A stretch of DNA of 62,540 nucleotides, the filler included, from Bonamia ostreae (taxonomy: Eukaryota), in the NCBI GenBank assembly GCA_040357525.1. It is 13 parts of 13 records of this genome, joined end to end, with 100 filler letters (N's around TTAATTAATTAA, not from the genome) between each part and the next. Parts side by side here need not be neighbours in the genome. Positions count along the whole stretch, not along the records: positions 24,260 to 28,984 come from JBDODL010000274.1; positions 29,085 to 33,805 come from JBDODL010000275.1; positions 33,906 to 38,617 come from JBDODL010000276.1; 10 more parts are not named here. One strand, written 5' to 3'. Every line of letters begins with the position of its first letter. Position 1 is the first letter of the stretch. The position numbers and the translations under genes were made by a program. The notes under the pieces were generated by a model. It ran no database searches. It was not told the origin of the DNA and saw only the letters and a program-made list of their open reading frames with translations. Of the stretch, positions 24,875-37,174 are shown piece by piece.

Positions 24875-27165
24875 ATGGTAATGTTTTGATAACTTTAAGA
24901 AAATTAAGTCATTAAACAGTGCAAGGCATGTTCCCAAAACAAAGGGCTTTATTGATTTTATTACGGCCGACGGCAAAAACATCATTAGTAACAGACTGAA
25001 CGTCTGTTTTAAAATCAAAAACAACACAATTTGGGCCAAAGTTTTAAAATTCATCCAAAAGAATATTCGTCTTTTGATGAAAACAGACCATGGCCCCATT
25101 TATAGGTGCTTTGTAATAGGCAGCACAAACAGCAAAATCCCCGTTATCCCAAACGGCGCCGAAGGAATCCTTACATCTAAAGAAGCCCTACCAAATCTGA
25201 AGACACACCATTTCGGGTTGTTTTTAGATGGATTTCTCAACCCCCATTCTAAAATGGGAAAAATCGATTTTAAGCAGCTTTCCAAACTATCGGAAAACGA
25301 ACCCTTTTCCGAAGAGCACAGCCAAATCGGCGATGTCGAAACAAACTCAGAAAACACCAAAATCGGCGGAGAGGACAAAAATACCGACAAAACAAGAAAC
25401 TTCGCTGAAGACAAAAACCGGACATTTGCGGCAATTCCTAAAACTACAAATCCCGATAAATTGATAAATAAAAACATTTTAAGTTCTAAAAATTTGGACG
25501 AAAACAGCGCTACTGAAAAAAGCAGCGAAGTTCAATTAGAAACGGGGATAAAAGCAATTGACTTGTTTGCACCAATAACGAATTCGAGTGACGTAGCGAC
25601 TGTTTTTTGTGACAATGGTTTGGCGAATTCTGTTTTGAAATGGATTGCTTTCAACGTGTCCAAAACTTGCAACAGTTTTACAAAAACATTTTAGAATTTG
25701 TGTCGATATATTCCGGCGATTACGGAAAAGCCCAAAAAGATTATAAGGACTTTGTGAAAATGGGAGTTTTTAACGACTTTGCTCAAAACAAAAGCGCCGG
25801 CGAAATTTCTAAATCGCAAAAAGTTGAATTTCCAAATTTGAAGAATTTGGAATTTGGGTTCCGTTCGGTTATGTTTAGCAACTCTGCGATGGATTTGCCG
25901 GGAATCAAAGTTGCCACAGCCAATCAATCTCTAAAAACAGCTTTTAAAGCGGCGACAAATTTAAAGAGCGGTGCGCTTTTTCTGTATCTGTTTAGGAATT
26001 CTGTTATCGACGTTTTTTAGCTTGATTTTTGATTTAAATTGGATAATTTTTAGGCCTACAATTTGATGAACATGTCCAAATATGGCAAATTTGATCCGCT
26101 CAGCAAACTTAACGAATACAATTGGGTCAAAACTGATTTGGAGACTAAAGATATTTACCAGAAACTTCGATATGATGTGTTTAATTTTTCTATTTACAAA
26201 TATTTTTATTCTACAAAAATTTGTCTTTATTAAAATATTTGTCGTTATTTAAGAAATTTTTAATCTTCAAAAATTTGTCTTTATTAAAATATTTGTCGTT
26301 ATTTGCAAAGATTTTTATTCTACAAAGATTATTTGTCTTTATTAAAATATTTGTCGTTATTTACAAAGATTTTTAATCTACAAAAATTTGTCTTTATTAA
26401 AATATTTGTCGTTATTTGCAAAGATTTTTATTCTTCAAAAATTTGTCTTTATTAACAAAAATTTATTTTTATCAAAAATTTTCATTGTACAAAAATTCGT
26501 CTTTATTAACAAAAATTTTTCATTGTACAAAAATAGCCATTTTTATTAACAAACAACAAATTTTGAAATCAAAAAATTTGCGGATAAAAACAAAAAGTCT
26601 AAATATCCGGAATTCTATGAAAACTTTACCAAAACAGAAAATTTGCTCACAATAAGTTCCTTAGAACTACCGAGCGATGTTTTGGATGGTTTGTTGATAT
26701 CGCCAAGCGCTATATTATCCAAACAAGACGCCGTGATAACTTTCAAGAAATGCAGAACCGCGCTAAATACGGAAATAACTGTTCCGATTGATCCGATTAG
26801 AACAACGAGCAAATTTTTGTTCGAACAAAATATTTTGAAAGTTAAAACTTTTCCGAAAACTAAAATGGCAAATGTTAATAAATCAAACAAAGAAACACAG
26901 AAAGACAAGTTTGATGGTGAGAAGACAATACATCGATCGAGAATCTTTTTATCTGAAGAAAAAGTTTCTGCTAAAGAATAGCAATTTCGAGATGAACCAT
27001 ATCGCTTCTAAACGACTAAAGATTCTGGACGCTTATCTGTTTACACAAAAAAGGCATTCGTTCGTACCGATTCGAAACACGATTGCGGACTGTTCCAATA
27101 TTTTAGAAGGAAAATATGACAGGGCGCAAATCAAAGATTTTATTAATATTGGAGAAATCGTTTAA
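24875..27165 (+). CDS. Highly divergent F1-ATPase beta-subunit homologue lacking catalytic motifs
   Basis: Colinear beta-like motifs LETGIKAIDLFAP, PIDPIRTTSK, LSEE and FVPIRNTIADCSNILEGKYD. Walker A, GER and Walker B are replaced. About 6 introns. Confidence 0.75.
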
Positions 27166-27464
27166 AGCAAAATTATTTTTAGTAAAAAAATTTTATTTTT
27201 GGCAAAAAATTGCTTTTTTTGCAAAAATGGCGTTTTAGTAGAAAAATATAATTTTTATTAAATTTTGGTAGAAAAATTGCTTTTTGGTAGAAAAATAATA
27301 TTATTAAATTTTGGTAAAAAATGGCGTTTTAGCAGAAAATTTTCGGCAAAAAATTGTTTATTAAATAAAAAAATTGCTTTTAGGTAAAAAAATTTTAGTT
27401 TTGTTAAAATTAAATCGCGCTCTATTTAAATATTCCAAGAAAACAGAAAATAGTATTTGTAAAT

Positions 27465-28299
27465 TTAGCTTTTTATATGGAAATATTTGACGTGCTGCTT
27501 CAACGCATTCTGGTCCATAAACATTCTCCCGCAGCCTTCGCTCGAACAAGCCAAAAGTTCGCCCGTGTGGATTTGCTATTTTTATTTTCAAAACTTGAAT
27601 GTGCTTCCTGAGATTGTAGTTCAACCCGAAGTCTCTGCGACACGACGGATAAGGACATTGGAAAGGCTTTTCTTTCGTGTGGACCATCATGTGCCGCTTC
27701 AACTTTGACGCTTCCGAAAACGCTTTCGGGCAGCCTTTCACTTGACAAGCGTGTTTCTTCTCGCCGTGAATGCGCTTGTGCTTCTTCAGCGAATTGAAGT
27801 CGCCGTAGACTTTTTTGCAGACGTCGCAGATGTGCTCCGTCTTCCCTTTGTTCTTGTCGCCCGCGGCCCTCCGACTCGGCTTCTTCCGCGGGACCCAGCC
27901 CGGCGGCAGAAGACGCGAGCCCAAAGGACCTTTGACCAGCTCGCGGAGGGGCACTTCCTTCGCCGCCTTCTTCGGGTCTTTGTTCCTTCTTCTGGCTTCG
28001 CATCGACGACGAGCCGATCGGAAGAAGGAAAACGCCGTTCCCTTCGAATCGGCTTCGTTCCTGCTGGAAATGGCTTCGTCCAAGTCGGAATCCGAATTCG
28101 AAAAATCGTTGTCCGCTCTGACCCAAGTCAGCGCGCTGAAGCTGGACTCGATCGTTTTGATCGGGATCCAGCGCCGGCGCCAGAGCGAATTCGCGTCTTT
28201 GCCTTTTTTGAAGGTCGTTCTTTTTCGAAGTTCGCGGCGAATCCTCTCTGTTTTGACTTCGTAAGTGTCTGCTCTCGAAGGCAATAGTTGTTCGCTCAT
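27465..28299 (-). CDS. YY1: YY1-like C2H2 zinc-finger transcription factor (four fingers; one 19-nt intron)
   Basis: KKHKRIHGEKKHAC...CPKAFSEASKLKRHMMVHTKEKPFQC...FGLNYNLRKHI follows the YY1 finger array. The N-terminal WxxxWIP...WV motif resembles plant YY1. Confidence 0.7.
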
Positions 28300-28461
28300 T
28301 CGTTGAACTTTTATGTGCGAAGCGTTAATGGACGGAAATGTTTATTTTATAAGTTTTGTCTGTTAATGGACAATATTTTTGTAAAATATTTTTTCGAACA
28401 AGTTTTTAAAATTTTTAATTTTCGAAGCGGCGCGTTGGGCTAAATTACAAAAATTAGGAAA

Positions 28462-28963
28462 ATGCATTTGCTGAACATGACTGCAAAGCGTTTGAACAAG
28501 CTATTGCCCGGACCGCCGATTTTCGAAAATCATTTCAATCTTTTCGCCTTTTCTCGAAAATTTTTGTTTGACAGTTTTACTTTAAAAAAGAACGCTCCCG
28601 AAGCGCAAACCCAAAAAACGGAGGAACGCGAGGAAAATAAAGGAACTGGAGAAAGCTCCTGCTCGAAAAGCGATAGTTTTGAAAGTGACCACGAAAAAAC
28701 CGAAGAAGCCGAATTCTGCCCAAAGGAAAGTGGCGATTTGCAAATTGACATTCAACAACAAGACGATGACCGCCTACATTCCGGGCGAGGGACATAACTT
28801 GCAACAACACTCGGTCATTCTTGTACAGCCGAAAAGACGAAAGGATATCGGGACCAAGATCGAGGCCATTCGAGGTGTTTATGATTTGGCCGGGGTCGAA
28901 GGCAGAGTTCGAAGTCGGTCGCGATATGGAACGAAAAAACCTCCAAAAGAAAAAATTGAATAA
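28462..28963 (+). CDS. MRPS12: Nucleus-encoded mitochondrial ribosomal protein uS12m with N-terminal extension; inferred 25-nt intron at 28566-28590
   Basis: Bacterial-type S12 motifs KPKKPNSAQRKVA, AYIPGEGHNLQQHS and RSRSRYGTKKP, preceded by a presequence-like N-terminus. Confidence 0.9.
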
Positions 28964-29102
28964 ATTTTTCAAAAATTTTAACAANNNNNNNNNNNNNNNN
29001 NNNNNNNNNNNNNNNNNNNNNNNNNNNNTTAATTAATTAANNNNNNNNNNNNNNNNNNNNNNNNNNNNNNNNNNNNNNNNNNNNAAATTGTGTAGAAATG
29101 AT

Positions 29103-31670
29103 TTAAAATATCGAAATTTTGCATTTTTTGTCAAAATTGTGTAGAAAATAATAACGAAAAACGGCTTTGTAAACATGAAAAAGTAAATCTTTGGCCAATT
29201 TGGCAAAACAAAAAGTGTTAATCGAAAGTTTATCAACACATTTTGTTTCGTCACTAAAAGTGACCAATCTGTTATCGATTTTTGGCATTTCTTTTAAGGA
29301 AGAATATTTGTTTTGCAAATTTTTGCAAAATTTAAATAATGTTTTAAGTTTTATCTGTTTGTCCATTTTTTCGTTAAACAGAATTCTTTCCATTTTTGTA
29401 ACGTTTTCATTTATTTTGTTTAAACTTCCATCCATTTTATTAAACTTTTTATATATAAATTTGTAATGGTCGACAATTTTTCCGACTTTTTTAATTTCCA
29501 AAAATCAATTTGACAATAACAGAATATTTGCGATTTTATCAATTAAAAAAATAGCCAAAATGCTAATTTAATCAGCGATAATATTTTGAATATTGCTAAT
29601 TATTTCCGAATATTTTTTGAGCAAATTTTCTTTCTTCGTTTGAGCTTCTTCAAATTGATTTTCCAATAATGTGATCTTTTCATCCAAAAAGTCTGACAAT
29701 TCTGTCATTTTTGGAAAAACTTTTTTCTGAAAATCATTCTTTAAATTTAGCTGTTTTCAAACTTTTATAGACGAACTGATTTTGCTCATTTCGTCTGTAA
29801 ATTCATTCTCAATTCCATTTACAGATTCTGTAAATGACTTTTTGCTAAAATTTTCCACCATTTTTAATTTCGGACTTTATGTCTTATAATTTTCGACTTT
29901 TGTTTAATTTTTGACCAGTTTTTGCAATAATTGATTTACAACAATTTGGCTTAATTTTGCAATTTTTGAAATTTTTATATAGAAAGTTTTATAAATTCGA
30001 TAAATAAGCTTTAAAAATGTCTTTAAAAATTTAATATTTCTTCATTAAAATAATTTGTTTTTTGGTCTGTTTTGTAGAACAAATCGCAAATGAGATTGCC
30101 ATTAACGTCCAATCGAAACAAAACCGATTTTTCAAAAGTGCCCAAATTTTGTTTTTCGACCAAAGTTTTGTTAAAATTCGGAATTGATTTTAAAAGAGAA
30201 TTGTCTTCTCTCGTTTGCAAAATCGTTTTATAAATATCGCCCAAAGCACATTCTTTTTTAAATTTTCCGTTCTATTTTAATTTTTTAGAAAATTTGCGAA
30301 AATTTTAAATTTAACAAAAACGAAAGAGAAGAATGCTTCGTACGGCAAAACAGGTTTTAATATTGATTTCTCATTGAGAAAATTTTCATTTTTGGTTATT
30401 TTTCTATACAATTCATTTCCATATTTTGTCTATTTTTTTTTAAATTCGAATTGTTAAAAATTTTTGTTTTTTTCGAAAAAATCGATTTTTCAAAAATTTT
30501 TGATTTTTCGCAAAAAATATCGATTTGTCAAAAATTATGTTTTTATAAAACAATTAATAATTTTCTATCAAAAATAAGAGCGTCATAAAGCATTTGCTCC
30601 AACTTCTTTTCCTCGCGCAATCGCACTAAAGACAAAAGCTTTAACAAATGAGTCAAATCTTTTTTGAGAATTTTGACTTTGACTAAAATTTCTCTGTCGT
30701 TTCTGAACGTCTAAATTATTAAAAAAATTGAACTCTATTTGAAGATCTCGTTGAAGCACGTCTTGAAATTTTTCTTGGTCGAAACGAAGTGTAAATTGAC
30801 GGATCGTCTTGTTCAGGTCTTTTCTAATTTTAATGTTAAATTTTTTTAATAAATTTCAGCCACATTTTTCGCGAAAATTTTGCCGTTCGAAAAAAATTTT
30901 TAATCAATAATTTTTATTTATTTTTTCGATTTACTAAAAATCGCAATTTTTTTTGTTTTTTTTGTTTTATTTTATAAAATTTTGCATCAAATTTATTAAA
31001 ATTTTTTAAATAAGTCATTTAAAAACAATATAACAACGAATTAAAGGTTTCAACAGTTTTTTCTGCCAATAATCATAAATAACAGAAACGATTTCGTTTT
31101 TAATCCCAAAAATAAAGCCGATTTTTTTGGCCTTTGATAAACTCAAAATTTCACTTTTGCTTTCCTAAATTGTCAATTTTAGCTTATTTTCTTAAAATTC
31201 GCTACTACCACAAAATTACTTAAATTTCGACGTTTTAAAATTTAGTCAAACGCTTTTAAAATAACATTTGGAATACTGTCATCGATTCTATAAAAGTGCT
31301 CAAAATATTCAATCAATTTGGACATTTGGATTTTATCCAATTTTAAGTCTTTATTTCGAGTTCTCACCGATTTAAGCCATTCCAAATCGTCGGAAGACAT
31401 ATCATAGAAATCCATTATTGTGGGGAGAGAGCTTCCTGACGCCAGCGAATTTTTTATGTAGAACTTTGGGCATTGCCAAGAGCGCTTAGCGCGAGTTCGT
31501 TTTTTAATCTGTGCGAGTGGAATGGGAATTGATTCTTTAACGGTTTCTTTTGTTTTGTTGTCTTTTACGTCGATTTGGCTTTTTTCGTCGTTGTTTTTTT
31601 GAGGTGGAATTTTTTTGGGTTTTAGTCTTACGATGGTGAGAACCGTGTTCTCTACAACTTTATTTTCCAT
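29103..31670 (-). CDS. Enhancer of polycomb-like (EPL1/EPC N-terminal domain) protein; multi-exon, 3' end uncertain (may be more than one gene)
   Basis: YDMSSDDLEWL...IEYFE and IYDYWQKK resemble the EPL1 domain. Confidence 0.5.
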
Positions 31671-32044
31671 ATTCTTAAGCTCTTTATAATTTAATATGGC
31701 TAAACTTTATATCGTTTTTCGTTTAATTTGTAGTTTTAGATTTTTTTGCTTAAGAATTCGAATGTTAACACAAGATGTCTTGTAGATGTGATCCGTTTTT
31801 TTGAAAACGCGTTTCAATTGATTATGTTTTAAAAACGTAAAGACAAAAAATAATAAATTTCGTTTGAAAGACAAAAAAACAATAATTGTCATTTGAAAGC
31901 CAAAAAACAATAAATTTCGTTTGAAAGACAAAAAAAACAAAAATTTAAAAAAATCGCAAAAATTTGTAAAAAATGGAATCCATTTAGTCAATCACAGAAA
32001 ACTAAATTTGAACATTTAGTTCAATTTGATAAAATTGAATTTAA

Positions 32045-33144
32045 ATGAGCGACAAACAAAATATTCTTAACATTTTAAATTGGTACAAAATCCAAAAGTG
32101 CACATTCGACAGAGAATCCGATTGCCCAAAGCGCGAAACTTGCCTCAAATACCACAATCACAATGACCGGCGAAGAAACCCATTTCGATTCGTTTATCGT
32201 AGTCAGAAATGTCCGAACCCAATAAAATGCGAAAAAGGCGCACTTTGTCCACTTGCGCATAACGACGAAGAAATTTATTATCATCCGAAAGTTTACAAAA
32301 TGTCGAAATGCAATTACTTCGAAAAAACCGGCAAGTGCGGTTGGGGCGAAATTTGTAGCTACGCGCACGGATTGGATGATTTCAGAACTTTCGAAGAAAA
32401 CTGTGCACAGTTTTATAACTTATTAAAAATCTCTCGTTTTTGTTTTTAAAAATGCAAAATCGCAAAAAATTGATTTTAAAGAGGCGAAGGCGTTCAAAAT
32501 ATAATTTTGGCAACAGAAAACGAACTCAAAAAAAATGGAATCAGCGAGGAACTGTTAACGAATATTCAACAGAGCGTCGACACAACTGGACTTGGATTAA
32601 AAGACATGTCTCTTTTGATCTCAAAGGACAATGACAGCGTCGAATTGGCTAAATTGAGAGAAAGTCTATCGATCGCAACTCAAGAAAACGCTAATTTGCA
32701 GAAAGAACACGATATAGAAGTTGATAAACTGTTCAAATCTGTTTCATTTTTTTTGCAATTTTTGTTGTTTAAGATTTTATTAAATTGGTCGATTTTTGTT
32801 TTTTTTGCAATTTGATAAATTTATTACATTCAAAATAATTCAAATCGTTATTCAAAGGCGGTAAAAGACGCAATAAGATACGAAAGTATCGAAAAAGACG
32901 ATTTGGCTATAGAAACGAGCAAATTTGAATTGGAAGTGAATAAAGCCCTCAAAAAGTATTCAGAACTCGCCATGCGGATTAAATGCTCTGAATGTCCAGA
33001 CGGCCTCCGCGAGTTTATTCTCGTTTTATTTTCAAATTAAAGATCCCCTGCGGTCACTCATTTTGCGAAAAATGTCTTAACACGAAAAAAATATGTTTCA
33101 CTTGTGGAAGTTTGATGGAGTCGAAACAGAAAATTAAATTTTAA
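32045..33144 (+). CDS. Second tandem CCCH plus RING protein (paralogue of 22901-24103)
   Basis: WYKIQKC...YHNHNDRRRNP...CPLAH...YHPKVYK...CSYAHG, then RING CSEC...|IPCGHSFCEKC...CFTC. Confidence 0.8.
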
Positions 33145-33350
33145 AATTTCAATTTTTTGCTGTCATTTTAGTTACTTATAAACATCTTCAAATTTGTGCT
33201 GTCATTGCCATTAATCTTCAATACAGAAAAATAAGTTACTTTAAATCTGAAAAATATTAAAAATGGCGATTAAATTTAGTAATTTAACGAAAACATAAAC
33301 AATAACATAAAAATCAGAAAAAACAGAAAAGATTAAAAATGGAAATCAGA

Positions 33351-33725
33351 TTATGAATTTACTTCGCATAAACAAACAGAATGGTCACTTCCGAGTGAAA
33401 CTTTCTGAACTTGGCAATCGCTAAACGGTCCAACAAGTTCCAAAGGATTTGTTCGAAAAGCTGCGACCGATTCAATCGAATCGCCGCGGCCGAGTTGACC
33501 GTCTCTGCCGTTTCCGCTCAAAAACAGTCTTCGCTTTCCGTTTAAATCTTCCGCCAAAAACGCGGAATGGCCGGCGCCACAATCCGCTTGGATCAACTTG
33601 AGTTCTCCTAAAACCAGTTTTGTTGGGATTGCGCGAACATTGTTGTCGCCCAATCCGAGTTGCCCGGTTTTGTTCATTCCCCACAGAAACGCGCAATCGG
33701 CTTTTCCTGGGAGTGCTATCGAATG
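33351..33725 (-). CDS. RCC1-repeat protein, last exon (5'-partial)
   Basis: GMNKTGQLGLGD, CGAGHSAFL, GNGRDGQLGRG and LGSDHSVCL. Confidence 0.85.
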   Translation of the reverse strand, partial: HSIALPGKADCAFLWGMNKTGQLGLGDNNVRAIPTKLVLGELKLIQADCGAGHSAFLAEDLNGKRRLFLSGNGRDGQLGRGDSIESVAAFRTNPLELVGPFSDCQVQKVSLGSDHSVCLCEVNS

Positions 33726-33974
33726 GAGATATTTTGTCGAAATTTTCTCAATCTTATTTTACAAAATTTATAAAAATGGAAAAGTTAAATTTTGTCGCGC
33801 AACGGNNNNNNNNNNNNNNNNNNNNNNNNNNNNNNNNNNNNNNNNNNNNTTAATTAATTAANNNNNNNNNNNNNNNNNNNNNNNNNNNNNNNNNNNNNNN
33901 NNNNNTTTTTGTCGAAAACATTTTTCTACAAATTTTGTTTCTAATCAATAAAGAAAAAGAATAGAACTCGTTTA

Positions 33975-34755
33975 CTAAAACTTACAGCAATTCTTTTTGT
34001 TATCATTCGTCGTCATTGCAATTCCTTTCGTCTTCTCTAAATTTTAAAATTTGTTCAAAACCGTTTTCCTTTCCTTTCTAAAATTTGTTAAACTTAAAAA
34101 ACGTTGTCAAACTTATCTTTTATTCTCATTACAATTGTTTGGATCGCTTCATTAACGTTGTGGTCGTTTTTCGCGCTTGTTTCGAAAAACGGAATATTGA
34201 ATTCTTTGGCCAACTTTTTGCCCTCTTCGACGCTCACTTTCTTTTTTTAATTTTCAGTCGAAACTCTTTTGTCCTCCATATCCGTTTTGTTGCCGATGAG
34301 GACTGTCACAACATCGTCAGTCGCATATTGATTGATGCTTTTGATCCAATCTTTGAGACTATCAAACGTTTTCAAATCGGTTATATCGTAAATCAACAAT
34401 ATCCCGTGAGCGCCTCTATAATAAGCTGGAAAATTGCAGAAAAAATATAAAAAGAAAATTTGCCAAAGTCGGCTAAAATTTACCGGTTGTAATAGTTTTG
34501 AAGCGTTCCTGTCCGGCCGTATCCTAAATTTTAAAAATTTACCCAAATTTGGAGCTTGATCGTGGAATTGTCGATTTTGATCATTTTGATTTTGAAATCT
34601 ATCCCGATCGTTGATACAAATGACGTTTTAAAATTTTTGTCGACATAGCGCATCAAAATAGAGCTTTTGCCGACGCCCGAATTTCCGATGGTTAACAGTT
34701 TAAATAAATAATCGAAAGTGTCACTTTTATGCAAAATTAGAAACCTTGTGCTCAT
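33975..34755 (-). CDS. Rab GTPase, Rab8/Sec4-like
   Basis: [46 protein letters not shown] and a C-terminal CCKF prenylation motif. Confidence 0.9.
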
Positions 34756-35079
34756 TCTTAAAATTTAGTATTCGTGGTTTTAGAGGAAAGTTATAAAAAA
34801 TTTGTTTTTTTTTATTTTTCTTGTTTTTTATAAAGTTAATAAGCTTTTGGTATATATTTTGAATATCCGAAAAGCTTTTTAATTTCAAAATCTATCCGAA
34901 AAAGTTTAAACAAAAATGCCAAAAAATGTAATTTAATCTTTTGGTGATTATGTAATTAGCGCATATTTATAATGGATATTTTTGGATGGTCCAACTAAAA
35001 TCGAAATTTTGCAGACAAAAACAGCGTTATTGTAAAAGATGGACAGATTTGCAAAATAATTTTAATTGATTGCAAAAAA

Positions 35080-36470
35080 TCAAATTTTTATTGTATCGAA
35101 GAATTCGGATTCAATTTGATCCAATTCTCCAGCAATAACGAGAGAATGCAATTCTTTTCCAAAATCAAAGTTTTTCAATTGCTCAAAAGTTCCGCTTTTT
35201 ATCAATTGATCGTCGTGGCCTAATCTGGCGACTCCGATCGCTTTTGTGCTGTCATTAAAAACTTTAAAGTTTTATCAAAATTTTGCAAAATGGGTTTTGT
35301 AATTTTTGGGAAACGTGAATTTTCTTCTTTTGAGATGTCCATAATTTGATTTATGCAATCTTTTATTTTCATGAATCTAGGCGGATCGTAAATATCATTT
35401 CCTCTGTTAAATTGGAAAAATTTTGTACTAATGGACAAATCGTCGAAAGCTAATCTTCAACAAAAACAAAAGGAGAAATTTGATTAATAGACTAAAAATG
35501 CCAAAAATAGACTAAAAATGCCAAAACGACAAATCGTCGAAAACGAAGTGTCACCATTAAAACAAAAAGAGAGATTTGATTAATAGACTAAAAATGCCAA
35601 AACGGCAANNNNNNNNNNNNNNNNNNNNNNNNNNNNNNNNNNNNNNNNNNNNNNNNNNNNNNNNNNNNNNNNNNNNNNNNNNNNNNNNNNNNNNNNNNNN
35701 NNNNNNNNAAAACGAAGTGTCGCCATTAAAACAAAAAGAGAGATTTGATTAATAGACTAAAAATGCCAAAACGGCAAATCGTCGAAAACGAAGTGTCGCC
35801 ATTAAAACAAAAAGAGAGATTTGATTAATAGACTAAAAACACATTGACAAAAATTTTCGAAAAAAAACATCGCCAGATTTTCAAAGCTCTGCTCTTTAAT
35901 CCTAATGTCCAACAAACATAAAGTGTGCAAGCCATTTCTAAGATTAGATTTTATTTTGTCTAAAAAGCTTTTAGGCCGCCAATTTTTATCGAAGAAAGGA
36001 ATCGAAACAGTTTGTCCAAATTTGTAAAGTTGCAATCCACAACTCCCGATCGCGTTCATTATTGAAGCGTTATGGACAACATTTACAGAAATGTTTTTCT
36101 TTTTCGCCCGCAGAATCAAATCCGTGTGTGTTGTAGCTCTTTTTGGTTATTTATGAAATTTCTTGAATTTTTTAGTCGTTTCCGAAATTTGCGTCAAAAT
36201 TTATGTCAACCCGAGTGGATCTCCAACGACGAGAAAAGCGACGTTGCCGTTAACAGCGTCACCCAAAATGCGGTCTGAGCTGGATTCGATCATGTTTCTG
36301 TCGGCGAGAACAACTTTTTTCCCGAAGAAGGATGACATTTCTTCGGCACTCGACAAAAATATCGATGTGTAATAATCCAAGTACAAAAACTGGCATTTTT
36401 TGATTGCTTCAAGACCTCTCACGGTTATGTCCTTAACGTCGCCTAAACCTAATCCTATCAGATACAACAT
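35080..36470 (-). CDS. DPH5: Diphthine methyl ester synthase
   Basis: [63 protein letters not shown] and YDPPRFM. Confidence 0.96.
35440..35840. repeat. ~76-bp tandem repeat inside a DPH5 intron, spanning a scaffold gap
   Basis: AAAACGAAGTGTCGCCATTAAAACAAAAAGAGAGATTTG at 35709 and 35785, with copies before the gap. Confidence 0.85.
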
Positions 36471-37174
36471 TTAAAGCTTTATTAATGTCAAATTTATGCG
36501 ACTTTACGTTAAAATTAGATTTAGGTGATTTGAATATTTCTTAAAAAATAAAATTTTTAAAATCTTTAAATTCTAATCTGAGTTCACTTTTAAATCCAGA
36601 TAACTCTTCATCGTACAAAAATAAAATTATTTTTAAGATAATGATAAAATAATTTTTAAAATAATAAAAAAGTAATTTTTAAAATAATAAAAAAAGTAAT
36701 TTTTAAAAAAGTAATTTTTCAAATATAACAAGATCCAAAACGGATGATAAATTGAAAAAAATTTATTTACGACAATTCGACTTTTCCCAAAAAATTTTTT
36801 GTGAAAAGAAGCCTTCCCGAATATTGAAGACGAAGCGCAGAATTTCGATTAAATTTGATTACAAATTCGATTAAATTAAGATTTATTTATCTGTATAAAC
36901 AAGATAGACATTTTACAAAATTAAATTTTTAAAGGGTTAAATTTGATCGACCGCATTAAAAACAATCGATTATAAAATTAAATTGCGGAGCAATTAATAA
37001 TCCGCAATATGATTTCTTGAAAATGGCAGCCAATCAAACCATCCAACCCAAAAACACAAAAACCCAAAAAAACAAAACACAAAAGCTTTAACAAGAGATT
37101 AGACAACCGAAAACTAAAACATTACGAAAAAAGACTAGAACCAAACCCTAATTTTGCTAAATTTAAATTGTCCA

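Noticed and set aside
26964-26976. Possible 13-nt intron (GTTTCTGCTAAAG) in the beta homologue
   Set aside because: A 28-nt intron from the same donor gives the same frame and better spacing to canonical beta. A record-small intron cannot be claimed without RNA data.
27487-28287. Long antisense or overlapping ORFs here and at 8771-9331, 13960-14447, 37937-38353 and 45449-46381
   Set aside because: Shadow ORFs of GC-richer or low-complexity coding regions, with no independent protein motifs.
37143-37151. AAACCCTAA telo-box-like motif upstream of the SR gene
   Set aside because: I noticed only one occurrence, in A/C-rich sequence, so chance is not excluded.
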